Made by a program: the position numbers and the translations under genes. The notes under the pieces are model-generated. The model saw nothing but the letters and a program-made list of their open reading frames with translations. It searched no databases and was not told where the DNA came from. Positions 1 to 8,971 of a stretch of DNA of 64,000 nucleotides are shown here, piece by piece (positions within the stretch are counted from its first letter, which is position 1; the number at the start of each line of letters is the position of its first letter). The DNA is from an uncultured bacterium (lineage in GTDB: Bacteria > Verrucomicrobiota > Kiritimatiellia > PWTM01), in the NCBI GenBank assembly GCA_937935255.1, contig CALGXT010000076.1, forward strand, positions 1,658 to 65,657, written 5' to 3'.

Positions 1-1
1 G

Positions 2-85
2 GCGGAGGCGGCCCGATTGCAAAACGTCCTGGAAGAAGTGCACCGCCGAATGCAATCCATGCGCGCGGGATTTTCGCCGGCATAA
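2..85 (+). CDS. 3' end of a gene cut by the window edge (…AEAARLQNVLEEVHRRMQSMRAGFSPA*), product unknown
   Basis: Open frame from base 2 to TAA at 83-85 with coding-like composition; too short to identify. Confidence 0.5.
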   Translation, partial: AEAARLQNVLEEVHRRMQSMRAGFSPA

Positions 86-139
86 TCGAGCGGCTCGTCC
101 GGAATCATTCTGCATTCCCGCGTCCTCTGCGCCGCACGT

Positions 140-186
140 TTCCAACCCTTGGAAGCTCCGAGGGCGGTTTTTTCCAAAGCTTGGAA
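140..186. repeat. Palindrome doublet TTCCAA-N3-TTGGAA, locus 1
   Basis: TTCCAAcccTTGGAA at 140-154 and TTCCAAagcTTGGAA at 172-186; intergenic. Confidence 0.9.
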
Positions 187-315
187 AACCTATCGGACCG
201 CTTTACGCTTGCCCGCGCCTTCCCGCCGGCTACAGTTCCGCCATGGCGATAGGGAGCGCGGTGGTCCACGGCCGACAGATGGAGCCGACCTCGCGCGCGT
301 TGTTTCGCGGAAACC

Positions 316-708
316 TTGAAAGAACCCCGTGACAGACCATCCCTGCGGCCGCGCGTGGAACAACCCCGCGCCGCGCGGCGGCGCGGACCCGCGGCGGCGA
401 CCTCGTGCCGACGCTGCGGCGCGTGCTGCCGGTGGGAAGGCCATGTGCTCGTTTCGGACGCCGACATTGCGCGTCTGGCCGCGCATCTGGCGATGGCCGA
501 AACCGATTTCATCGAGCGTTACTGCGCATTGGCGCGGAATCGGGCGCAGTTGACGCTGATCGAAAACGGCGAGGGCGCGTGCGTTTTTCTCGAGGGCCAT
601 GCGTGCCGCGTGTATCCCGTGCGGCCGGATCAGTGCCGCTCGTTTCCGGAGGGCTGGTCCGTCTCCGGCTGCCCCGCCGAAGCGGGCGGCGGGCCCAACG
701 GACGGTGA
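316..708 (+). CDS. YkgJ-family cysteine-cluster (putative Zn/Fe-chelating) protein
   Basis: CRRCGACC…CVFLEGHACRVYPVRPDQCRSFP pattern; start uncertain (TTG 316 or GTG ~355). Confidence 0.8.
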   Translation: MKEPRDRPSLRPRVEQPRAARRRGPAAATSCRRCGACCRWEGHVLVSDADIARLAAHLAMAETDFIERYCALARNRAQLTLIENGEGACVFLEGHACRVYPVRPDQCRSFPEGWSVSGCPAEAGGGPNGR

Positions 709-1457
709 ACGAGCGGGCCGATCGTTCGATCGTATAGCCGCACGACAAAACGAAACGGCGAATAGAGCAGCCGCAGCCGGGCGATCGCCACGAACATGTC
801 GAGCGACGCCCTCGCCACCCGCAAGCGGGAGCCTTCGGTGTCGTGCCAGACGGTCGGCGTCTCCGCAATCGCGAAGCCCGCGCGCCGGACCTGAAAGAGC
901 AAGTCCACGTCGAACGCCCAGCGCGTCAATCCCAGTTTCGGCAGCACGGCGAGCGCCGTCTCGCGGCGGAGCAGTTTGGCGCCGCACTGCGTGTCGCGGA
1001 TGTTCAGGCCAAAAAGAAACCGGACGAGCGCGTTGAAGACCCGCGACGCGACGCGACGCCGCCACGGCTGGGGCGTGATGATCGAGGCCGGATCCCAACG
1101 ATTTGCCAGAATCAAGCCGGCGTCGCCGATGCGCCGCGTGAGATCGTCGAAGGCCGGCGGCGGCGTGGCGCCGTCGGCGTCCGCAAAACCGATCCACGCG
1201 CCGCGCGCCGCCGCCATGCCGGCCATAATCGCCCCGCCCTTGCCGATCGGGCGCGGGTCCACGAGCACGCGGACGTTGCGATGTTCGGCGGCGCAGCGGC
1301 GCGCCACCGCTTCCGTCCCGTCGGTCGAGCCGTTGACCACGACGATCAATTCGGCCTCATCGCCATAGCGCTCGCGAAAATACGGCGCATAGTCGTCCAG
1401 CATCCGGCCCAGTCGCCGCTCCTCGTTGTAGGCCGGGATGACGATGCTCAGCCGCAC
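630..1457 (-). CDS. GT2 polyprenyl-phosphate glycosyltransferase (Dol-P-Glc/Man synthase-like)
   Basis: LSIVIPAYNE, NGSTDGT, GKGGA, FADAD, IRDTQCGAKL and WAFDVDLL motifs; GTG at 1457 lies just after the upstream stop at 1460. Confidence 0.9.
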   Translation of the reverse strand: MRLSIVIPAYNEERRLGRMLDDYAPYFRERYGDEAELIVVVNGSTDGTEAVARRCAAEHRNVRVLVDPRPIGKGGAIMAGMAAARGAWIGFADADGATPPPAFDDLTRRIGDAGLILANRWDPASIITPQPWRRRVASRVFNALVRFLFGLNIRDTQCGAKLLRRETALAVLPKLGLTRWAFDVDLLFQVRRAGFAIAETPTVWHDTEGSRLRVARASLDMFVAIARLRLLYSPFRFVVRLYDRTIGPLVHRPLGPPPASAGQPETDQPSGNERH

Positions 1458-1459
1458 GA

Positions 1460-3043
1460 TCAGTCCTTCCGGCGGTAGATCGTCAGGGTCGTATGCGCCT
1501 GGCCAAAGTCGGCGATTTCGCGAACCGGCTCGTATCGCCGTTCCAGCGCGGCGCGCAACCGCGTCCGTTCCGCCGCCGGCAGCTCGGCGATCGTCGGGCA
1601 GGCGATGCTGAGACCGTATCCGCTGAAGGCCGCCCACGGCGCCTCGGCCCGCTCCAGCGCCTCCAGCAGCAACTCCCGGTTCAAGACCCGCAGACGCTCG
1701 GCGCGATCGCGCGGCCAATCCGGATAGTAGGCGAACGGCCCCATCTCGAAACCCCTCGGAACGCGGCGATTGGCCTCGACGGCCAAATACAAATCCTGCG
1801 TCAATAGCGGCTGGTCTTCGGGCACGCGCTCCCGCAGCCAGGCGGCGGTTTCGCGCAACCGAACGAGGTCCGGTTGCGTCTTCGAGCGCCACCAAATGCG
1901 ATCGCGGCGCACAATCGCCCACTGCTGGTTGATCGGCGAGGCGCCGGCGGAGATCAGACACACCGCTGCCAGCGACGCCAGCGCAATCCGCGCGGGGCGC
2001 GCTTCGGCGGGAAACTCCGCGCCGGCCGTGGAATCTGCGACCTCTCGCGCCAGCGCGGCGGCCAGCGCGGCGGCGGCCAACGGATAGACGATGGTCTGGT
2101 AATCGTCGTAGGGGAACGGCGCGGCCAGATGCGTCAGCGTCATCGCGACCACCGCCCACAGCGCCGGTTCGGCGGCGGCCGGAGCCTCTTGCCGCGCCGC
2201 GGGACGGAACGACCGGGCGGCCATCCATCCGAGGGCGGCGGCGATGGCGGGCCAATAGGCCATGGCCTGCCGGGAGAGAAAGCCGGCGCGGTGAATCCAG
2301 CGGGTGAGCGGGGCGCCCGGCTCGCGTCCGGCATGATATTCGAACAAACCGAAAAGCAGTCCCTCGCGCGCGAAAAACCACGCCGGGCCGAAGAACGCGG
2401 CCGTCCCGAGAGCGCCGCCGAGCGCGAACATCCAGGGCGCGGCGGCGTTCTCCCGGCGGCCTCTCGCAAACCACCAAACCGCCGCCGCCAGGGCCGCCGC
2501 GCCGGCGGAGAGCCGCACGGCGGCGGCGGCGGCCAGCAAAGCGCCGCCGGCGAAAGCCCAGACCGCGCCGTTTGAACGCCGCGCCCGGTGCAGCGCCAGA
2601 AAGCCCGCCGTCAAAAACACCGCGCAGAGCGCATAGGTTTTCACCACCGTGAAGAAATACGCCTGATAGACATTGACGCCGATCAGCAGCGCGGCGGCGG
2701 ACGCCGCCCAGGGCGCGGCGTTGGGCGGCGCCCACCGCGCCGCCAAACGCGCCGAAAGCGCGACCGCCAGCAGCCCGAAGAGCGCCGTCAAGGCGCGCCC
2801 CGCCCCCACCCCGCCCCAGCGCAACAACGGCTGAAACGGCGCATACACCCGCGGCAGCAACGGACCCTGGGTGAAGGCGAAATCCGCGTAGGGTTGAAGT
2901 CCCTCGGCGACCTGGCGCGCGGCGTAGAGGTACCAGCCCTCGTCCTGGTTCAGTTCGCCGAATCCGATGTGGATCAGCGCCAGCGCGACGAAGGCCGCGA
3001 TCGCGGCCCCAAAAAAGAGCGGGATGGCCGGCCGGGGCTTCAT
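1460..3043 (-). CDS. GT-C fold membrane glycosyltransferase (ArnT/PMT_2-like)
   Basis: First TM helix followed by NQDEGWYLYAARQVAEGLQPYADF…QGPL; many hydrophobic helices; soluble C-terminal domain. Confidence 0.75.
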   Translation of the reverse strand: MKPRPAIPLFFGAAIAAFVALALIHIGFGELNQDEGWYLYAARQVAEGLQPYADFAFTQGPLLPRVYAPFQPLLRWGGVGAGRALTALFGLLAVALSARLAARWAPPNAAPWAASAAALLIGVNVYQAYFFTVVKTYALCAVFLTAGFLALHRARRSNGAVWAFAGGALLAAAAAVRLSAGAAALAAAVWWFARGRRENAAAPWMFALGGALGTAAFFGPAWFFAREGLLFGLFEYHAGREPGAPLTRWIHRAGFLSRQAMAYWPAIAAALGWMAARSFRPAARQEAPAAAEPALWAVVAMTLTHLAAPFPYDDYQTIVYPLAAAALAAALAREVADSTAGAEFPAEARPARIALASLAAVCLISAGASPINQQWAIVRRDRIWWRSKTQPDLVRLRETAAWLRERVPEDQPLLTQDLYLAVEANRRVPRGFEMGPFAYYPDWPRDRAERLRVLNRELLLEALERAEAPWAAFSGYGLSIACPTIAELPAAERTRLRAALERRYEPVREIADFGQAHTTLTIYRRKD

Positions 3044-3117
3044 GTCGGAGTTCCGATTTCGGCGGAAACGTTACGCCGTTTGCCGTCCGGTTGCACGCTC
3101 AATTGGCCGGCCGAACA

Positions 3118-4200
3118 TTAAAAAAACCGCTTGGCCAAGGCCAAAATGCCCTGTTTCCAGGGGGCGCGATGCGAGATCCCCGTGGAAGCCGCGAACCGGT
3201 CGCGATGCGCGACATACCACGCATAGTTCCGAATCAAGGCTTGCCGATTCGAATAGCGCGGGGCGAAACCGAGTTTGCGCTCCGCCTTCTCGATGGAAAC
3301 GAAGGATTCGCGCGCGGCGGTGGCGTACACCCAGGGATACAGCGGCGAAAGTTTCAGCGCCGCCAGCACGCGCAACGCGAACACGGTCGGCCCCTCCGGC
3401 AAACAAACGACGCGCCGACCGTGGCCGGCATAATCCAGCACCGCCTGAAAATCGTCGCGCAAGGAACCGAAAACCTTCGCGCCGATATTGAAGGTGTCGT
3501 TGACGGTTTCCGGCGGGCCGTCCAGACACAATTCAATCGCGGCGCACAAATCCTCGACATCGAGCAACTGGTACGGATTGTTTCCCCGCCCGATGACCGG
3601 AAAGTTTCGGCCCTCATACGCCCACTCGTAGAGCATGGCGAACACGCCCAACCGCTCCGGGCCGACGAAGGTTTTCGGGCGCAGAATGGGCACACAGAGG
3701 CCGCGCTCCCGGAAACCGACGGCGACGCGTTCCGCCTCGACTTTGGCGATGCCGTAAGGTCCGACGCCGCGCATCGGATCGCTCTCGAGCAGCGGGTGGT
3801 GGTCGGGAATGCCGTACACCGCTGTGGAAGAGACGAAGACCACGCGCGGGATGCCCAACGCCTGCGCGGTTTCCAATACGATGCGCGTGCCGTCCACATC
3901 CGTCGTGCGGATATCCTCCGGCGAATACAGCGGCAGCGCGGCGGCGGCGTGGACAATCGCCGCGCAGCCGGCGGCGGCGCGGCGCACCGTCTCGGGATCG
4001 CGAATATCGCCTTGAATCGCCTCCACCCGATCCCGGCAATCCTCGTAGTCGAACGGCGCGAGATCGAGGGAGACGGGACGCTGTTCCCGCGCCAGCAAGC
4101 GACGCACGAGGTTGATTCCCAGGAATCCGGCGCCGCCGGTCACCAGAATACGCGCGCCGGCGGGCGTCGCGCCGAGATCGTCCGGCGAGCGTTCATTCAT
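3118..4200 (-). CDS. NAD-dependent epimerase/dehydratase (extended SDR)
   Basis: [24 protein letters not shown] (YxxxK). Confidence 0.9.
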   Translation of the reverse strand: MNERSPDDLGATPAGARILVTGGAGFLGINLVRRLLAREQRPVSLDLAPFDYEDCRDRVEAIQGDIRDPETVRRAAAGCAAIVHAAAALPLYSPEDIRTTDVDGTRIVLETAQALGIPRVVFVSSTAVYGIPDHHPLLESDPMRGVGPYGIAKVEAERVAVGFRERGLCVPILRPKTFVGPERLGVFAMLYEWAYEGRNFPVIGRGNNPYQLLDVEDLCAAIELCLDGPPETVNDTFNIGAKVFGSLRDDFQAVLDYAGHGRRVVCLPEGPTVFALRVLAALKLSPLYPWVYATAARESFVSIEKAERKLGFAPRYSNRQALIRNYAWYVAHRDRFAASTGISHRAPWKQGILALAKRFF

Positions 4201-4247
4201 GGCCGCTTTACCGAGCCGCTATAATGTTGAGCCGCGATAGCACAACC

Positions 4248-4952
4248 TCATGCGCCCGGCAGCAGAAGCCGATAACGAACATTGAATATTTCGTCGTCGC
4301 TCATGCCGCGCTGCGGCTTGGCTTTCCAATCGGCATCATCTTTGTAAACGACAGCTCCCCGAATCGCGCCGGCCTTGAGAAGGTCCGCGGCCATGCTCGG
4401 ATCCACCATCTCGAGCAGATACAGGGGTGGATATTTGGCGGCCGCGCCGCGCGCCAGGGCCGGCGGGCCGAGCAATGAAACGACGGCCTTGGCGTCGGGG
4501 ACGGTTTCGACCATTTTCAGAAACACATTCATGGGCAGCATCATCTCGGCGGCGAACATGGAATCGTCGCCCGACGGCGGCGTCGCCTCGGCCAACCGGT
4601 ATCCGGACCCCAAACCCTGTTTCAATCCGTCCAGTCGGGACTGGGTGATTTTTTTCATGGCATCCGGCTCGTCCGCGCCGCGCAGCACGAGCACCGTGCC
4701 GCCGCCGGGATGCGCCGCGGCGACCGCCGCGCCAAGCTTGGCGCCGGCCGACCGGTAGAACGCGACCTGTTCGGAAACCGCCGCGGAGACCGACTTCCGC
4801 CCGTCGCCGGAGAAGACTCGGGCCGCCACGGCCAGCAACGCCAATGCCACCAGGACGCCGAGCACGGCGTTCGCTTTGTCGCCCAATTGCGCCCGTTTGA
4901 TATAGGCAACTACGATGCCCGCCAGAAGCAATATCAGGATGACGTTCAGCAT
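4248..4952 (-). CDS. Hypothetical protein with two N-terminal TM helices and an alpha/beta soluble domain
   Basis: ATG 4952 preceded by AAGGGAG; hydrophobic MLNVILILLLAGIVVAY and AVLGVLVALALLAV segments. Confidence 0.7.
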   Translation of the reverse strand: MLNVILILLLAGIVVAYIKRAQLGDKANAVLGVLVALALLAVAARVFSGDGRKSVSAAVSEQVAFYRSAGAKLGAAVAAAHPGGGTVLVLRGADEPDAMKKITQSRLDGLKQGLGSGYRLAEATPPSGDDSMFAAEMMLPMNVFLKMVETVPDAKAVVSLLGPPALARGAAAKYPPLYLLEMVDPSMAADLLKAGAIRGAVVYKDDADWKAKPQRGMSDDEIFNVRYRLLLPGA

Positions 4953-5167
4953 GGCACTCTCCCTTCGCGTACGATCGAACCCGCGCCCCACAGCGCACAT
5001 GATCCTTATCGTCCTAATTGGCCCCGCCCGCAAGCCGAAATTGCGGAGCGTTCAGCCTCCCCTGTCGCGCCGCGCCGGAATCGGTCTCCCTTGCCCATCG
5101 CCGCGCGCCGACCCACCGTCCGGGAGCGGCTCACTCTCCGCTAACAGAGGCCTCATCGAGCGCTAAC

Positions 5168-5197
5168 TTGACCCCCCTTTCTTTCCGCCGATACGCT
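5168..5197 (+). promoter_or_regulatory. Candidate sigma70 promoter for the ABC operon
   Basis: TTGACC-N18-TACGCT, 8 nt before ATG 5206. Confidence 0.35.
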
Positions 5198-5205
5198 CGC
5201 CCGAC

Positions 5206-6264
5206 ATGCACAAGAGCGCCTTTTTACAAGTCGAGCGCGCGATGGTTTCCCTCGGCGGCGCGGCCGTACTGCGCGGCGTCGGCGTCGCGCTGGAACGCGG
5301 AAAATGTCTGGCGCTGCTGGGCCCGTCGGGCTGCGGGAAGACTACGCTGCTCAACGTGATCGCCGGTTTTTGCGCGCTTGACGAGGGCCGGTGCGTTTGC
5401 GACGGCGTCGTGCTGGACGATCCCGCCGAGCGCGCCTTCGTGCCCGTGCGCGCGCGCGGATTCGCGACCGTGTTCCAGGATTTCAGTCTCTGGCCCCATA
5501 TGACGGTCGCGGAGAATGTCCGGTTCGGATTGCGCGTGCGCGGCGCGCCGGAGAAGGAGAGCCGACGGCGCGCGCTCGACGCGCTGGAAAAAGTCCGCAT
5601 GGCGGATTATGCCGACCGCCGCCCCGCCGCCCTTTCCGGCGGCCAGCAACAGCGGGTGGCGATCGCGCGCGCCTTGGCCGTTCGTCCGAAATTATTGCTG
5701 ATGGACGAACCGCTCAGCGCCCTCGACGCGCGCCTGCGCGAGGAGCTGCGGGACGAAATCGCGCGGCTTTTGCGCGAGGAAGGCCAGACGGCGGTGTACG
5801 TGACCCACGATCAAGCCGAAGCCTTCGCGCTGGGCGACGCGGTCGGCGTGATGCGCGAGGGCCGCATCGAACAGCTCGACGCGCCGGAAGCGCTGTACCG
5901 CGCGCCGCGCACGCGATTCGTGGCCGAGTTCATCGGCTCGGCGAACGTGGCCGCCTTCACGCAGAGCGACGGCGCGCTGCGGATCGGCGCCCATTTGCGG
6001 CTGCCGGCCCGCCCCGATTGGCCCGCCGAGGGCTTCTGCTTCATCCGCCGCGAGAGCGTGCGCGCGCGCCCCGCCGGAACGGAAGCGCGGCCGCCGGCGA
6101 TCTGTTTTCAGCGGCGCTTTCTCGGTTCCCAGGTCGTGATTCGGGCCGGCTGGCGCGGCGATCTGGAACTCGACGGCGTGGCGGAGGGTCCGGTCGAAAT
6201 CGCCGGCCCCGTCGCGCTCGCGATAGATCCCAACGGCATGGGACTGCTTTCGGATTCGCCATGA
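5206..6264 (+). CDS. ABC transporter ATP-binding protein (FbpC/PotA-like)
   Basis: Walker A GPSGCGKTT, LSGGQQQRVAIARAL, LLMDEPLSALD, YVTHDQ. Confidence 0.95.
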   Translation: MHKSAFLQVERAMVSLGGAAVLRGVGVALERGKCLALLGPSGCGKTTLLNVIAGFCALDEGRCVCDGVVLDDPAERAFVPVRARGFATVFQDFSLWPHMTVAENVRFGLRVRGAPEKESRRRALDALEKVRMADYADRRPAALSGGQQQRVAIARALAVRPKLLLMDEPLSALDARLREELRDEIARLLREEGQTAVYVTHDQAEAFALGDAVGVMREGRIEQLDAPEALYRAPRTRFVAEFIGSANVAAFTQSDGALRIGAHLRLPARPDWPAEGFCFIRRESVRARPAGTEARPPAICFQRRFLGSQVVIRAGWRGDLELDGVAEGPVEIAGPVALAIDPNGMGLLSDSP

Positions 6265-7283
6265 CGCGCGCCATCTTCCTGGCCCTGACGGCGGCGCTGA
6301 TCGGCTGCCGTTCCCGCGACGGCACGGACGCCGACCGGCTCGTCGTCTATTCCGCCGGCCCCCGTCCGTTGGCGGAAGCGATTTGCGCGGCCTTCACCCA
6401 GGCGACGGGGACGCCGGTGGACTTGTTCCAGGCGACCACGGGCCAGCTCATGGCGCGTCTCGAGGCCGAAAAATACCGTCCCCGCGCCGACATCGTGCTG
6501 TTCGCGAGCGAGATCGCCGCCGCCGCGCTCAAGCGGGAGGGACGGCTGCTCCGATTCCGGCCCGAGGCGGCCGAGCGCTTGCGCGCGGACTGGTCCGACC
6601 CCGACGAAACCTACTGGGCGTCCGGCGCGGCGCTCGTGGGCGTCGCCGTGCGCCGCGATTTTGCGGAGCGCGCGCCGCGGCGCTGGAGCGACTGGTTCGC
6701 CCTGGCGGATGCGCGCCGGATTGTGATGCCCTCGCCCTCGCGCTCGGGCGCAACCGGCGATTTCGTCGTCACCCTGGCGCTTCAATGGCCCGAAGAAACG
6801 TTCGCCGGTTTCGCGCGGCTGCGGCTCGCCGGCATGGATTTCGCCGCCGCCAACAGTCAGGCCATCGGAGGTCTGCAGATGGGCGCGCACGACGCGCTCA
6901 TCGGCGCGGTGGATTATTTGATTTATCAACAGATTGCGCGCGGCGAGCCGTTGGAGATGCTGTATCCCGAGGAAGGCGCGGTGCTCGTGACCCGTCCGAT
7001 CGCGATCCTGGCGGCGACCCCGCGCCCCGACGCCGCGAAGGCGTTTGTGGAGTTCTACCTGGCGCCCGAAAGTCAGCGGCGCGTCGCGGCGGCGCACCTG
7101 GCGCCGGCGCGCGCGGATGTCGCGCCCAGCCCGGCGCGGGGCGCGGAGCTGCCGCGCTGGATTCGCGCCGATCCGGTCGCGGCGGTGCTCCGCCAGGGAG
7201 CGATCCTGCGCCGCTTCCAACTCGATATCGAACGCGCGGCGTCCGCGCGGGCGCTGCGGCGCGCGGCGGGGGCGGCCCCATGA
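6261..7283 (+). CDS. ABC substrate-binding lipoprotein (Fe3+/AfuA-like)
   Basis: ATGA overlap with the ATPase gene; lipobox LIGC; LVVYSA, RLEAEK..PRADI, PSPSRSG, YPEEGAV, AAKAFVEF motifs. Confidence 0.85.
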   Translation: MTRAIFLALTAALIGCRSRDGTDADRLVVYSAGPRPLAEAICAAFTQATGTPVDLFQATTGQLMARLEAEKYRPRADIVLFASEIAAAALKREGRLLRFRPEAAERLRADWSDPDETYWASGAALVGVAVRRDFAERAPRRWSDWFALADARRIVMPSPSRSGATGDFVVTLALQWPEETFAGFARLRLAGMDFAAANSQAIGGLQMGAHDALIGAVDYLIYQQIARGEPLEMLYPEEGAVLVTRPIAILAATPRPDAAKAFVEFYLAPESQRRVAAAHLAPARADVAPSPARGAELPRWIRADPVAAVLRQGAILRRFQLDIERAASARALRRAAGAAP

Positions 7284-8971
7284 CGCGCCGTCGAACCCGC
7301 GGAGAAACGGGGGCGCCGGGCGCCGCGAGCGTCAGCCTGGCGGTGGCGGCGCTCGCGATCGCCTGCGCGTACCCGCTGCTTTTGCTGTTCGTCCAAAGTC
7401 TGTTTCCCAACGCGCTCGGCGGCGAGTGGAGCGGCTTCCTTTCGCCCTACCGCCGGTTGTTTTCGACGCCCGATCTCGCGCGCATGCTGGGCCATTCGCT
7501 TTCGTGGGCCGCCGCAACCACGGCGGTCGCCTGGTTCTTCGGCATCCCCTGCGGCTTCCTGCTCGCGCGCTGCGCCCTCCCCGGCAAGGGTTTCGCGCGG
7601 CTGACGATGCTCGCGCCGCTGATGACGCCGCCCTACATCGCGGCGCTCTCGTACGTCGTTTTGCTGCAGCCGGGCGGGTTCGGCGACCGGCTGATCGGCG
7701 TGCCCGAGCCGTTGCGGGACTGGTTTTTTTCGTTCCACGGCGTCACGATGGCGATGGCGCTGGCGTCGTTCGGCTATGTGGCGCTCGGCGTCGAGGCCGC
7801 GTTGTTGCGGTTGCCGCCGCGGATGGAAGACGCCGCGCTGCAGCTCGGCGCCTCGCGGCCGCGGCTCTGGCGCTCGATTCTGATCCCGCTGCTGTTGCCG
7901 GCGATCCTGAACACCGGTCTGCTGGTGTTCCTGGACGCGCTGTCGAATTTCGGGGTGCCCGCCGTGCTCGGCACGCGCGCGAATCTCGCGCTGCTGCCCG
8001 CCGAGATTTATCACCTGCTCACGAGCTGGCCCGTGGATGTGCCGGTCGCCACGGCCCTCTCTTCCCTGCTCTGCCTGCTGGCCCTGCTCTCGCTCCGCAT
8101 CAGCGCGGCGCTCACGCGCGGAAGCGGGAGCGCCGGCGGCCGCGCCGCGGGCGGACGTCTCGTGAAATTGAGCCCGGCGCGCGCGGCGCTCGCATGGCTG
8201 TGGATCGGCGGACTTTTCGTCTTGAGCACCGCGCTGCCCTACGCCGCGATGATCGCGATGAGCCTCGTGGACCGCTGGACCGACGGCGCGCCCGCCTGGA
8301 CGCTTCGGCACTACGGCGCGCTGTTCCGTCCGGCGTCGGGCGGCCGCGCCGCGCTGCTGACGAGCCTCGGACTGGCGGCGGCGGCGGCGACCCTGTGCGC
8401 GGCGGGCGGCGGCTTTGTCGCCTATGTCGCCGCGCGCAGCGGACGGCTCGCGCGGCGCGCGATCGAAGCGCTCGCGATCCTGCCGCGCGCGCTGCCGAAG
8501 ATCGTGATGACCGTCGGCCTCATTCTCGCCTGGAACGCCCCCTGGGTGCGCGTGAACCTCTACGGAACGCTCGGCATGCTGCTGCTGGCCTACGTCGTGT
8601 GCTACATTTCCGACGCGCTCGCCTACGCCGGCGCGGCGCTGCGCCGCATGAATCCGCGTTTGGAAACCGCCGCGCTGCAGCTCGGCGCCGGACGCGTCGC
8701 CGTGCTCGCGCGGATCGTCGCGCCGCAACTCGGCCCCGCCCTCGCGGCGGCGTGGCTCACCACCTTTATCGTGTGCGTCCGCGAACTGGTCTGCTCGATT
8801 CTCCTGCTGCCGCCGGGCGTCGAAACCACCGCGACCTTCATTTTCAATCAGTTCGAACAGGGCGATCTGTCTTCCGCAATGGCCATGGCGACCGTGACCA
8901 TCGGCGTGACGGCGACGATCCTGTTTCTCTTGCAGCGAACGCCGCTCTTCCGAATGAAAGGAGACGTATGA
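7280..8971 (+). CDS. ABC permease with two fused TM domains (FbpB-like)
   Basis: Two EAA-like loops (MEDAALQLGAS, LETAALQLGAG); ATGA overlap with the SBP gene. Confidence 0.9.
   Translation: MTRRRTRGETGAPGAASVSLAVAALAIACAYPLLLLFVQSLFPNALGGEWSGFLSPYRRLFSTPDLARMLGHSLSWAAATTAVAWFFGIPCGFLLARCALPGKGFARLTMLAPLMTPPYIAALSYVVLLQPGGFGDRLIGVPEPLRDWFFSFHGVTMAMALASFGYVALGVEAALLRLPPRMEDAALQLGASRPRLWRSILIPLLLPAILNTGLLVFLDALSNFGVPAVLGTRANLALLPAEIYHLLTSWPVDVPVATALSSLLCLLALLSLRISAALTRGSGSAGGRAAGGRLVKLSPARAALAWLWIGGLFVLSTALPYAAMIAMSLVDRWTDGAPAWTLRHYGALFRPASGGRAALLTSLGLAAAAATLCAAGGGFVAYVAARSGRLARRAIEALAILPRALPKIVMTVGLILAWNAPWVRVNLYGTLGMLLLAYVVCYISDALAYAGAALRRMNPRLETAALQLGAGRVAVLARIVAPQLGPALAAAWLTTFIVCVRELVCSILLLPPGVETTATFIFNQFEQGDLSSAMAMATVTIGVTATILFLLQRTPLFRMKGDV

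Noticed and set aside
630..2735. 701-aa ORF suggesting a large fusion GT2
   Set aside because: The N-terminal 426 codons are an Arg/Gly-rich alternative frame over the GT-C gene; the GT2 domain begins at 1457.
5034..5165. Possible riboswitch upstream of the ABC operon
   Set aside because: GC-rich and foldable, but I found no TPP, cobalamin or other recognisable consensus; needs cmscan.
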